Assembly: GCA_051294905.1 (NCBI GenBank)
Contig: CM119371.1
Location: forward strand, 4,838,001-4,902,000
Source: Botryllus schlosseri
Lineage: Eukaryota
Direction: 5' to 3'
Length of the DNA stretch: 64,000 bases
Shown here piece by piece: positions 40,782-54,400 of this stretch. Made by a program: the position numbers and the translations under genes. The notes beneath the pieces were generated by a model. That model did not search any database, was not told the DNA's origin, and saw only the letters and a list, made by a program, of their open reading frames with translations. The stretch's first letter is position 1, and every line of letters begins with the position of its first letter.

Positions 40782-42817
40782 GATTTTGTAAACAAAGCTT
40801 GGAAATAGACTGCAGCTAGAACTAGGCCTACTCACGCGCAGCTATAACTAGAACAACTCAAAGGGACATTATCCAGTTAGAACGTAACCAACAAGACTAG
40901 ACCCTTAATAACAAGATTGGTCGTTTGTACAAGTCTGCTCTCTCTTCAGGCATGCCTGGAATGGAACACAATGTTAGGTCGTGGGAAACTCAACAAATTA
41001 GCAATCAGTGTAAGGCAAGAGTCGTTACAGCATGTAGATGTCATAGACGAGCTTTTGGAATCCTGACAGCTGTAATCATACAAGGCATTATTATCCCAAC
41101 GCATAATATATCACATACTAAGTTATCTGGATGAGCCTGACTAGTACTGACCGACTATTTCCCAAAATATCGCGAAATACTGTCAGTGCTACTGTTATTA
41201 CTACTCGCGCGCTTTTGTATTGCTTTCGGAAGTGCCACATATCGATTTTACAATCCACCACGGGCTACAGAGTACAGACACGCCTCCATAACACCTATTG
41301 ACCGCGTAAACCAGCAGCGCGATTGAATGAACCCTAACACTAACTGTGAAAACGGGCAGGGGTCGCGACATGATTTTTCGTGACCTAAATTCATGGCGCG
41401 CAGACTTATTTCATGTACATGACGTCCTATTATGACCATATTTGCTGCAAATCCAGCATCAGTTTGTGAATTAATTTCATCATTTCAAAACACCGCAAAG
41501 GCTGCGCTACAATGAAAAGATAGGAAGGTGTCAAACAGCTTGGAGTAGTCTTTGAAATCGGACACCCACCTTGCGCCTGTCAAGAGAGAGAGAGATAGTC
41601 TTTATTTTCATCCAACCAAAATACATAACAACAGACGGCAATGAGAGCGGTAGAGAAAAGATAGGAATGATCGATACGACCTGCAGGGTCAACTAGTCTG
41701 ATCTGATCACATCCGCATCGAACAGATAGGCCGTACACTTAACTCTATACCAGGGCTCTCAACCTTTTTTAGACACGCCCCCCTTTATGAGGGTGAAAAA
41801 TTTCGCGCACCTCTTATCGTCATATCACAAAATCCAACCGGGATGCTAGCAACCTCAACAGATTGTTTGATGGCATGGAAGGTTATGACTGTTAGTGTTC
41901 ATCATCATCAACATTGGTTTATTAGCAATTTTATCAGGTCAATACATCACAAAAATGCGATACAATGAAAAGACAAGAAGACGTCTAAGCGACTTGTAGT
42001 AGTCTATGGAATCAGACACCCACCTCGGCCTAGGCGATGTAAAGAGGAGGCATGCACACCAGTGACGTGCGGTCCAATGAGGCAGGTGAGGCAGTATCTC
42101 ACCTGTCGTCTGGATGAGTAAGTGAAAATTGTGAAACCCCTTCATGAGTCGATGGTTATGTTGATGTTACACGTCAATGTTCATAAATAACTAAATTGGA
42201 ACATTTTTTCACCGAACATCATCAATTTGCATCATTAATATTCAAAAATACAACGCGAAAGGCGAGGTGGGGCACAGGTGAGCCACGGGCGGGTCTTGCC
42301 TCATCTGCAACAATACAATTCATCATAAATAGCTCGGAATTCTTAATAACTGGAATCAGTGAAATGCTATAGTCACACTGATTCCGGAAATCCAAATATC
42401 AACAGTGTCAGAGCCCCAGAACCCCGCAAAATCGCCAAGGAAGGTGACCTTCGCCTTTATTACAGACAATGCCATCGTAGAGAAACAATGGCTAGGTGAG
42501 GCACAAACGAATGTGCTTCATCCACTATTCGCTAACAATTGGACAATCGAAACGCAGTGAAACGCGCTACCGATTTCGGAATCCAACAGTCTTGTAGGAA
42601 TTATATGAGAATAAGAAGCGACGGCCAATGCGTTATGCGAGCCAATACATTCCCTTACTTATTATGTAGCTGTTATGTATTTTGCACCCATTGCTACGTT
42701 AAATTGTCGCATGTGATAGCTACTTGCATAGGCTGCATTGTTGTTGTTTGTGTCCTCTATGCTGTGTTCGACTGCAATCCCTTTAACCGTTAATTGTGGT
42801 ATGTGATTGTGATAGAC

Positions 42818-45800
42818 CAGGGGTCACCAACCTTTCTGCAACCAAGGGATACTTTTGTGTACTGATTGAAGCGACGGGCTACCGTTTAATCCCGCCGTTT
42901 ACCCGTACCAGACACAATTTCCGGTTTGATATTCATAGCATGGGGAGGTATCGCATAGCGGTAAGATTTCTAAGAGATTCTTTTAAATCAAAACATCTCA
43001 TTTCAAACAGCTACCAGCTAGCCACTAAGACTTTTTAAGAAATCACTGCAAGCTCAGATTTTGAAATAAATCTCGTCACATGTTAGACTGGACAAAGTGG
43101 ACATCGTGTTATCTGTTTCTAAACCAGTCAGTGGGAAGCCTGGTATTGCATGCTATCAACTGGTGCGCTATACTCTGATATGTAACTTACACTGCAACTC
43201 TGAGTGGTGTTCCAGATGTGAATTAGTGAGGCGTGTTCTGTGTTTGTAATTTAATGAATGTCGTGTCCGCAAAGGCTGATTCACAACGATAAGTTGAACC
43301 AAACACGCTTGCAACCTTCATAGCTGCTGCGCAATTGCGCAATGCGCATTCACCACTGAACTTTTCCGTGTCAACACGGCACCAAAAGTTTGCTGCAGCC
43401 TTGTGGGCTTTGAGGTGGAGGTGATTTTGCAGTGGTACAATTTCTATCTCTAATTGTTCAGCATTTAGACATCACAGATTTCATTGTACCTGACAGCAGC
43501 ATCGATTACAGAAAGTTAGAAACATGGTACTATAAATTGCGTTGAGTGTAAGTGAGACAAGCTGTGTCAAAAGATGCAATACATATCGGGCATACTGCAT
43601 CTGCTAGTACGTCACCGCCATTTGCTACGGATAGTAATGTTGTTTACTACTTTGGCATTGTGCGGGACGTCGAGCTACCATAACGGAACCCCCACCCTTT
43701 CACCAAGAAGACCGTGGATGGCATGCCGTCATATCGCCTGTATGAGCAGTACGCTGTGGAGCTCTGGCTCCTTCTCTCTCCTATCTGTTATGGTATAATG
43801 CTATATCACGTGACTTATCGCATAGTTATAACCGAGTGCATATCAAAGATTGACTCAGATTATGAGACTCATGTACGCTGAAACTTACTGCTAAAACTAT
43901 CCAAATTACTGTACAATATATCTGGAAAAGGCAATTGTTGTCGTCTCTATTGAACTGCCAGTCAAGAACTACACAGAACACAGGACGTTCGTGTCAGCTA
44001 CTGCGGAAGTGCCAGTTAAGTATAAACTGTAAGCTGATATCCGTAGACAACGGACTTGCCGTATACTATCCGCAGACGACGGACGGGCTATATCTGCCAT
44101 ATGGCGCCCCGAGTTCGTGACCAAGTTCAAACGTAAAGACTCCTTGCCGCTTCATCATCGGAACATTAGCATTCGCTTGCAACGATACGGAAATTCACGT
44201 AAACACCAGGACTGCAAGACACATCCGGTATTTACCCCTTTTATACGATTTCTGGATTTGTTTGTCGGCTGGCAGTTCGCATATATACATTTGACTGTAA
44301 TTTTCCGTGTCATAACATTTCGCTTTTGATATTTCATTTATATTCGCAAATTTATTGCGGTTTTTGTTACGATGGCAACCAACAGCGAATCAAATGCGGG
44401 TTTAGCGTATGAAATAGCGCATAAGTTCGATCTTAGATACCGCGAGGATGAACCCTTTATTGGCTTCGCCATATCCGATGATGATCTTCAAAACAATATA
44501 GGCTTACATCACGAAAATCAAAATTTTGATCAGTCCGCCCATCGGGCAGACGCCGGCGATAATGATGTCGTTTCCGCGGAGTGAACGGCGAAATTTCCCG
44601 GAATGCACGGCCTATACCCGTGATCCAATTCGTATCCTACTAATTTGATTGTTTGACTCACTTTTACTTATTTTAAAGATGCAACTTTTGATCGAAAATC
44701 TCCTGCTATATGCTTCATTAATTTCAATAGGTTGTTCGAAAATATCAATATTACATCACATTTCGCATGCTCTACATTACATTAATCTAATGCGTTTTAC
44801 TTGATATTTGTTTTGACTATGGAACTAAACAATTATTCCTAATTGATTCGGGAATTGAAACGAGCTTCATAAAAGCTCTGACTCATTCGTTTGGTAATTA
44901 CACCGTTGCGTTCTGCTGCCTAAATGATACAATACTTCTCGGTAACGATAAATCGGAATTGACGATGCAATTTATTAGTTCTTCGCTTGTATATAAATTC
45001 ATTTTTGAGATCGCATCGCTATCCTATTGAATAATTGCCTCTGACTTCCTTTGTTGTTTTAAACGTTCGCGAGCGCACGATTAGCGATGAATACAATCAG
45101 ACAACGATCTCAGCTCTTTCAGACGCCCACAATTCGATTTGCTATCTAACGTAAATTCACATTGTATGAATAACCTTATTGCGTCGTGCTATATCACGCT
45201 ACCAATAAGCGCGTTTTGACTCCGAACTCAACATACCGCATTTGTACGTATTCTAATTTGATACACATTTAACACATGACGCGTAATTTTCTGGATCGTT
45301 TAACCAGACGATTCGCCTACTCTAATGCACTGAATAAGGTACGTAAATACAATATTTAGGACGATTGTCCCGCACAAATGCTTCTCTCTCCCGTGAAATC
45401 GAATAATTACTACCGATTCACTATTCACTATTTCCATAGATACAACTTCACTTTCGCACGAATAGCCTACCTTAGTCGTGTAACATACCATTTGCTTACA
45501 GTTGTTTGATTGTTTAACACCCCCATTTCGATTCTGATTATAAATTTTGCGGTTTTTCCTACCTTCATATTACCGCGTAAATCACTTCCAACCACCCTGG
45601 TAATTTACCAATCTATTTTTTGTTCGTTTTTTAAATTCACGGCATCTCCGTGGAACATAACTACCAATTCCATGATATTAATTTTTGTGATTTCATATGT
45701 CATTCATGCGACATTGACTTACGCGCGTATTTAAGCGCTACCCTTTTTAACTACCGTAACTATACCGTCAATGTTACTTCGATAAAAATAGTGACCCGGC

Positions 45801-48800
45801 TTTTCGCCGGACTATAGCATAGCATTCCATCGGGATTCTATATGATGTTCCGCGGCAAAATCTGCTATTTTTAACCGACAATTTAGATTTCGGCTTTGCA
45901 CTATTTGAATATACCAGTATCACTGGGAATGGGGATTTTGTAACTAACTTAACTCTGCATAACGCAACTTCATCTTATCTCACTACACGTATTCGCATAA
46001 CCTCGCTTTTGCTACAATTACCCATAATCATAATTCGATTTTAATCACATATTAGCGTTACTTCTAACTCAGCGCTTTGCTGGAATTAATAAATACGGAA
46101 GTTACTTCCCTATTTTCTTCAAACATTGACTTCCTTACTTTCTTTATACTAGGTCTTGGACATTTTCGCTTACTTCTAATTACCCATACTTAAATAAGGC
46201 CGCTTTAACACGGTGACAAATTGTCATTTTTTTTCCGTAATTTACGCCCTTATATACTTACCCGCTATAATGTCATCTGAACATACTCAGATTTTGCAAC
46301 CTATAGTTACATGCGATTAGCTATACATATCTTGTACCTTTATACATTGTACATTGTACATTTCATGGCATTGCCACCTATTACTGACATCTGGTCACCT
46401 ATCCGTGATACGTTTGTATAGTCACGAATCTGTTAAATTTTGAATATCACGTCGTTGCCCATATTATCGCTACACGGGGAAATCGTTAATTAAGGTTATG
46501 GTCGAAGTACCGGGTCTACGATTTCACTTTTGCTCCTGGGATCGTGTGTAATGAGTGGGTTTGGCCATGTTATCTCGCCAAATCGTTTTTAGACATGGGG
46601 ATTGCTTGTGCGTGACTCAGCGGTTCTACCGGCCGGGGAATCTATGGGTTGTGGGCATGCGATTTTAACTCATGCTATTAACTTCCGTCGTTACATAACG
46701 AAGTTGAGGTGAAGTTCGGTCGACTCGCGTCTCGCCCGTACGCTTTTTTTATCGACATGATCCACGATCGGACACTATTAGTGTATATACGGTTGGATGA
46801 ATTATTTATCCGGTATTAGGGAATTTGACCTAATACTTACCGTTTTTTTTAGATGTATCTTACCGGTCGATACGTCATTAGGCATTGCCATGTGTAAGTC
46901 TTCGAAGCACATTATTGAAGTAGCCGGGCGCACGTTCATACACTTGCGATATGTTAAGTGGCGTGCAGTGATGATTCATTGCTATTGTTATCCCTTCCTT
47001 CGATCCGTTAGTGGACCAAATTCTTGATTAAACTACGTCAATATGACTATTCCCGTTGATTTTATATCGACACTAGCTTTGACTTGCTACCACAATACGC
47101 GTCTTTCGATGTACTTAGATGACCAGTTTGATTTCTACCTTTTTTTTTCATTATTTTTACGAGCGGTTGCCTACGTCACATAGATGACGTCACCCCCACC
47201 ACTTGAATTGAAATCGGCAGATAGATGTACTAGTTTCCTACCTAAAGGAAGGAGCCATCCTCATCTGTTTCGCTGCCGCCACACGTGACTTAATTGTTGC
47301 CTTATTATTGTCTGCATGCTTTGTTGTTATTATGTTCTTATTGTTACTCGTGTTTACGGCGCGAGCATATGTATTTGTTTTCGTGATACTGCTGCCCGAC
47401 TTATCTTCCAGAAATCGTATTCACGCCGCCGTGACCGCACCAAATTGCCGAACGCCGAATGCTCACAGAGACATTACTCGTTACCTTCCCGCGATGCCCA
47501 AATACGCGCTGAATCGCTTATCTCAAGATCGACCTATACCTGGCGGATGAATCCCATTCACGATTACAACGTGCGGTTCTAAGGATGCTGTTTCAACCGG
47601 AATCATATCGCACCATTTCCGCGTCGCGCGCATCGAAAATCTACGAAACCGGTTGGTCTTTAATGCCATATCGCGATTACATATGGCCATTACATTGGCG
47701 GGGTTATCAATACATGAAATGAGCAGAGACTTCTGTAAATATTTCGGCAATTTGGCGGTTTTTTTTCACACAGCTTTGTAAATAACTTTCGTTCTTTGAC
47801 ATAACATGACGAACGGACTTTCCCACTCGCGCCATTAGCGGCACATGTGATCGTCACATCCCCTAATGGAGGCCGGATGGCTGGACATTGATTTATCCCT
47901 CATAGGATCAACTTTAATGTGTTTTCATTATTCCCCTTTTTATGCATGCATGTATTTTGCTTGGCGATCATAACTACCGTTCTTTGTCGGCAACCCGCGT
48001 CATTAATTGGATTTGGTTTCGGTTTTTTTCATTCATGACTATACTCTAACACGACTTTGTTCTCAAGTCACATATTTTGTCGGTAACCCGTTCTCACAAC
48101 TCCTAGCATAAAATTCGCATAATATGACTTCATCATCTCTCATTCCCCTCTCAGAAGTCCGAAAATTATTCCCCCGTAATTGTCGATTTACGAGTTGGGT
48201 AATTCGCCTTTTTAACTCCAAATCGTCCCACACTCGCAGATACGGGATTTCCGATGACTCCTTAAAACCTTCAAGTACTGTATGCCACGCCGTACACATT
48301 AACTTTACGCACGCATGGCGCGGTGGTTATGACGCAACTCGCCATTTACTTTGTTGTTCTTTATTTCTGATGCGATTGTTGATATACAATGTTCTTTCCA
48401 ATTCTCTACTAGTTGCTGACGATTACCCCTGACGAGTGTCAGCCGAAAATATTCGGGTTCATTTCAATATGAATATACTATTTAATTGTATATTGAAGTT
48501 CTGTACCTCCAAGAAGCTCTTCTTTATTTCTTATAATAATACATAAAAACTTTGCCTTTTCCAAGCCAAATCATCTCTTTTTTTCCCATAACTTATCGAT
48601 TTTATGTTTCGACCTTACCACGTTTTCTCACGACTTCACTACAGTGTTATGTTGCAAAATTTAATTCCGGAATCGTATCGTTACCATTCCATGCATGTAT
48701 TATCTAACTGTCATTTTGTATTGTCGCTAATCACGCCTCCTTGGAAGGGGTGATGTGGAGCTCTGGCTCCTTCTCTCTCCTATCTGTTATGGTATAATGC

Positions 48801-49396
48801 TATATCACGTGACTTATCGCATAGTTATAACCGAGTGCATATCAAAGATTGACTCAGATTATGAGACTCATGTACGCTGAAACTTACTGCTAAAACTATC
48901 CAAATTACTGTACAATATATCTGGAAAAGGCAATTGTTGTCGTCTCTATTGAACTGCCAGTCAAGAACTACACAGAACACAGGACGTTCGTGTCAGCTAC
49001 TGCGGAAGTGCCAGTTAAGTATAAACTGTAAGCTGATATCCGTAGACAACGGACTTGCCGTATACTATCCGCAGACGACGGACGGGCTATATCTGCCATA
49101 AGGCCGTTGGCCTATTATATGTCCTCGGTATATCTTGTTACTACATGTTGGTATATTACTAATTGTAATCGGGTGTATTTGATATCATCATTTTAAGTGG
49201 TTTATATATATGTATTGTCATTTCTAAGTCACATGTTATAGTGTGATTTAAACAACAATAGATAAATCACTGGTGATAATCTGACGAATATTGGCAAATG
49301 CTGCTATTCGATCTATTTTTAGAACAGGCTCGCGGGCCACTCATCTGGTCCTCGCGGGCTACCTGGTGCCCGCGGGCACCAGGTTGGTGACCCCTG
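42818..49396. mobile_element. hAT (Charlie-like) MITE nested in 42060-49827 and hosting the LTR element
   Basis: CAGGGGTCACCAACCT...AGGTTGGTGACCCCTG; degenerate TSD TGATAGAC/TGATACAA. Confidence 0.85.
43755..49100 (+). mobile_element. Non-autonomous LTR retrotransposon (LARD-like), 347-bp LTRs, no gag/pol
   Basis: Direct repeats 43755-44101 and 48754-49100 (TGTGG...CCATA, no difference seen). PBS TGGCGCCCCGAG at 44102; PPT GGAAGGGGTGA at 48743-48753; imperfect 4-bp TSD ACGC/AGGC. The ~4.65-kb interior lacks long ORFs. Confidence 0.88.
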
Positions 49397-49989
49397 TGAT
49401 ACAAAGCCTGCGTTGTTGTTTGTGGTAGTGGTGCCACTCCCAAACACTAGATCTAGTGTATTATGAGTTTATGACTTGACCTAGTGCATTTTCTTTCGAA
49501 ATTCGGCCAATCTAGTGTTTTTTTTACTGAATAAAATTTGTAACTGAGGATGCTTTTTTCATGTTCTTCTAATAATCTATACCGGAAGGCCTATACTTGA
49601 AGAGATGGTAATTATTATTTGTCTAAACGTGCTCATTTAGCACAATAGCGACCAGTCCTACATGTATTATAAAATGTAACATTGCAACGGCTACCATAGT
49701 GTACACAGAAAATGCTCTCTATACCCGCTGCGGTTATTCACATTTCAAGTCTCTATACGTGCGTGTTGTTCTTTTGTATGGGGGGGGGGCGTGCCTAACC
49801 AGCCGTGAACCTCACCGCACGTCACTGATGCACACTGTATAAAAGTTAAGAGGATAGTATAGAAAAAAAGCGATAACAAATAGGGCGCATGTCATGGGAA
49901 GCGAGATCGATTAGATAGGTCAGTCGTGTTCCGGTAATCTTGAGGATGGACTGTATTTATTTAGTAGCCTAGTTAATTGCTTGTATTTC

Positions 49990-51215
49990 GACTTGAGTGT
50001 GGACATGCCCGTCGATGACCGTCGGGATACTGTTCCACACATCAGGTCCGGCATATTTGATGGAGCGATGATCTTTTCGGTCGATCATATGACATTTGGA
50101 CGACGTGGATACGCGCGCGTGTCGTACTTGTGCGCTTTTGATTCCGAGGTAAAGAAGTCATTGAAATATTTGGGGCAACGACCGCAGTGGAACTGATACA
50201 TAAAGTTGGCGATTTCTAGTTTCCGCGTATCTTCTATGTTTAGGACGCCGAATCTCATCAGCAGAGACTTGTTGGATGGGCAGCCAGGCCCCTTTGGGCC
50301 CTAGCTATGATTCGGAGTAGTTTATGCTGTAGTTTTTGCAGTGGCTTGAGTGTAGTTTTACCGGCAGCCTCCCAACAGGGGATGCCATAATGTAACTTCG
50401 ATTGGATTATGGATTTAAAGCAGGGCCGGCCAACCCGTGGCCCGCGGGCCACATTTGCCCCGCGAGAAGGTTTTGAGTGGCCCGCGAGGTAATTTTAGAA
50501 ATGAGTAATACAACCAAAAATGGATTGCCCAGATTGTTAACTTGCATGGCCAACCAGAAATTTGATTAGTCTGGATGCGTCACTGGGGATGTGACGACTA
50601 AAATATCAGTTTCGACGCATTGGCAAATCCATATGGATAGGTCAAATTTTGGTAGATCTTCGTACATTACAATAAAGCAAATATTCTGCGGTAGATTTAT
50701 CTAAAGTTAACATTTTGTTCACATTTCCAGCAATGTGTTGTCACTCGATTTCTTGCTTTTAATATTGTTACCACCTCCTAAAAATGAAAGAGCGCCTAGT
50801 GTACGAGATTAAGTCTAATTATATTCGCAATTACGAGAGAAAGTGTCATCCAACATGCGACCTTGCGTTTGCGCTCGCATAAAGACCGTCGACGATGAAA
50901 CATAGGCATAAAGAGATTGACGCATGTTGGCCGAAGCTTTCGATATCGATATGTCCAGGCACCGAATAGTCCAGTTCTTGCAAACTGAGCCCAGCAATAT
51001 GCAGCAGACCCTCAATATACTCGAGTAACAATAATATTGACCTATAAACTTTTAACAAATTTCTCGCTTCGCGCGGCTAGTGGCCCGATTCGTCAGTAGA
51101 ATGTGGCCCTTCGGCCAAATAGGTTGGCCAGCCCAGATTTAAAGAGTATCAGAAGAACCCATGCTGGCATGAAAGCACCTAAGGCTGTAGAACAGGCCGC
51201 ACTTCGGTGATAAGT
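49990..51215 (-). mobile_element. CR1/L2-like LINE ORF2 C-terminal remnant, interrupted by a MITE
   Basis: Minus strand: FMPAWVLLILFKSIIQSKLHYGIPCWEAAGKTTLKPLQKLQHKLLRII..GVLNIEDTRKLEIANFMYQFHCGRCPKYFNDFFTSESKAHKYDTR. A possible 3' tail lies at ~41590-41750. Confidence 0.8.
50421..51136. mobile_element. hAT (Charlie-like) MITE, copy 2
   Basis: CAGGGCCGGCCAACC...GGTTGGCCAGCCCAG, perfect TSD ATTTAAAG; homologous to 17630-18335. Confidence 0.9.
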
Positions 51216-51463
51216 TAGTGTCTAGGGCAGGCCTGGGCAAAGTGCGGCCCGCGGGTCAAATGCGGCCCGCGCAAGGTTGCTTGGAATTCAAAACATAAAA
51301 CTTGCTTTTTGAATGACTAAAGCCATAAGCTGTATCAAATGAACAGGAAATTCGTTTACTTTGTTGCTCATTATATGCTAAGATTACGTGGCCTACGTGG
51401 CCTACGTAGCCTACCTGACATGCGTGATCCATATTCAAAAGAAAGGCAATGTGGCAAAGTGAG

Positions 51464-54400
51464 TGCAGTGGTAGCTAGTAGATACATGCCAACGCGCAAG
51501 CGTGTGTGTGTACGCTAACATGCATGACTAGTTTCATGGGACCTCGTGTTCCATTCGTACTCTGATACTTGTGAAGAATACAGCTTTGATTAACGTAAGA
51601 GTGAACTTCGTATATAGATAGAAACAGCCAGACGCGCAGGACCTTTACCGCTCGAAGTCACGACTACTGCATGGTGACAGCGCTGGCTAGCATTCTATTA
51701 TCGAGCAAGAATCCGCTGAGATCTAAGTAAAATGGCGAAATGTACAGCGCCTGGTCCGTTAACGCTCACGGCCGGAGCAAACCACTTCGAAGAATGGCGC
51801 CGATGGAGGAGGGAATTTGAATTTCACCTCAAGGGCACCGAATCTTTCGAGAAACCAGGACGCGTTAAAGGCAACATTTTACTTTCCAACATCGGCAGTA
51901 AGGCTCTTGCAATATATGACAGATTCACCTTCGCGCCTGCCGTCGCTGAAGCAGATGGCGTTGAAGCTAGAGAAGCTGAGGATGACGAGCACTATGATGT
52001 AATAATGCGGAAGTTCGACGAACACTTCCAACTTCGTAAGCGTGACGATAGAGTCAGGAATAGAGTACGCTTCATCACTCGCCTACATCGAGGGAAAAAC
52101 CAGCCACTTGTCTCTTGGGTCGAAGAAGTGACCAAAATGGCATGCGAATGCGATTATCGCGACGACGAACGGGAAAACTTAATTAGAGACAAACTCTTAG
52201 CATCGACCAACGATTCCGTCATACTTGTCAGAACGTATGCCGTGAAGCATGACGAACTCTCGTTGCAAATGGTCATTGATATAATGACGGAGAGAGAAGA
52301 CAGACTGGCGGACGCTGACCAGCAAGCGAGTTTGTTAACAGTTGGCGCAGTATCAAAACGGAATCCCAAACCTCAAGCTCATGACGCACCGAAGAAGCTT
52401 TATAAATGCAAATGGTGTGGCGAAAAGCATCAGTTTGGGAAGAAGTACTGCCCAGCAGCTAAAAGCAAGTGCCCGAAATGCAAGAAAGTTGGACACTATC
52501 CGACTCAATGCTTCACGAAATCAGTTCGTGCTGTTGAAGCTGACCCGGATTCCGTTCACTCAGTACAATCCGTACAAATCTCCCGTGAGAACAACGCAGA
52601 CGTAGTCTTCTGTGGTGCTGTAAATTCAGTTCCAGATGTTGACAACTTCAGATTCATGAAAGACATGCGAGTCGGACGTGAAACGTTCTCATGGATGCTA
52701 GACACTGGAGCAGAAGTCTCAGTGATGCCGGAACACATGTACAAAGAAGAGTATGGCACCTTACAGCCTACTAGAACAATACTTCGTAGCGCTGATGGAC
52801 GTGACATGACAACTCTAGGGGTGGTGGAAATGACAATTTCCGCACAAGAGAAAACCTTTTCTGAGAAAGTCTACATTGTACGCGACGCTACAAATTTACT
52901 TCTTGGATGCCCGGGGGTTTACAAACTTGGAGTTATCAATACAAGCAAGGTTCGGATCGAACATCTGAACGCAACGGCAAAAGCTGACTGTAATACAATA
53001 TCATTGCGTGACAAGGATGACGTTATGTTGGCATATCCAGATCTATTCACAGGTGTTGGTCGACTCAAAGATTACCAATACACTATCAAACTGAAGAAAG
53101 ATGCCAAACCATTTTGCCTGAATACGCCGAGAAGAGTTGCAATACCGTTAATAGGCAAATTGACTGAAGAGATTGCAAAGCTGAAAGACTTGGGAATTAT
53201 AGAACCGGTCGACGAACCGACGGATTGGTGTGCTCCCATAGTGGTTGCAGCCAAGAAAGATGGAAACATACGACTTTGTGTGGATTTATCAAAGCTCAAC
53301 GAAGCAGTTAAAAGAGAACTATATCCCATGCCCACTGTCGAAAATTCTTTGGGCCAGATATCGAAAGGATCTCTATTCGCTAAGTTGGATGCAAATTGTG
53401 GATTCCACCAAATCGAACTGACTCCAGAATGCCGTAAGTTGACAACCTTTATTACTCCCATTGGTCGTTTTATGTACAAGAGACTCCCATATGGCATTAG
53501 TTCTGCGCCAGAAATATTTCAAAAATGTATGGGAAAAGTACTAGCTGGAATCCCACATGTGACATGTCACGTCGATGACATCGTCATATCATGTCAGCCG
53601 GAAACTTACAATCAGACTCTGACAACAGTCCTTGACAAGCTGAAAGCATCAGGCGTGACCCTGAATGCTAATAAATGTGTATTTCATGCAACTAAGATTG
53701 ATTACTTGGGCCAAGTCGTTAGCCAAGATGGTATCACTAAAGACCAGAAAAAGGTCACGGCCATCACCGGTTTTCCACCTCCCCAAGATATAGCCCAACT
53801 GAGAAGATTCCTCGGCATGGCAAATCAGTTAATGAAATTCACTCCCCATTTGGCTGAAACTACTCAACCTTTGAGAGAACTGCTGTCTAAGAAAAATGCA
53901 TGGCTCTGGGGACCCAAACAGAAAGAGGCGTTTGAAAAAGTGAAAACTGATCTCACCTCTACGGTAATCCTGGCCTTGTATGACCCGAATAGAGAAACCT
54001 TAGTTTCCGCAGACGCAAGCAGCTATGGCTTAGGAGCCGTGTTAATGCAAAAGCAAGATGATGATATTTTTCGACCCGTTGCATATGCCAGTAGGTCAAT
54101 GAATGACACAGAACGACGCTATGCTCAAATCGAAAAGGAGGCATTGGCAACTACATGGGCTATTGAACGTTGGAGAGATCTGTTACTAGGTATGAAAGGG
54201 TTTCGAGTAGAAACTGACCATAAGCCTCTGGTTCCGCTCCTCTCCACAAAATCATTGGACGAGCTTCCGCTTCGGATCCAAAGATTCCGTATGCGACTAA
54301 TGAAATATGACTTCAAAATCAGTCATACTCCTGGGAAACTAATGTATTCCGCAGATGCTCTTAGTCGTAGTCCGCTGCCAGACTTCGCTGATGCTGACGA

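Larger units (their letters stand above)
42060..49827. mobile_element. hAT-type non-autonomous element (outer shell of a nested stack)
   Basis: CAGTGACGTGCGG...CCGCACGTCACTG with perfect 8-bp TSD ATGCACAC (42052-42059, 49828-49835). Confidence 0.9.
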
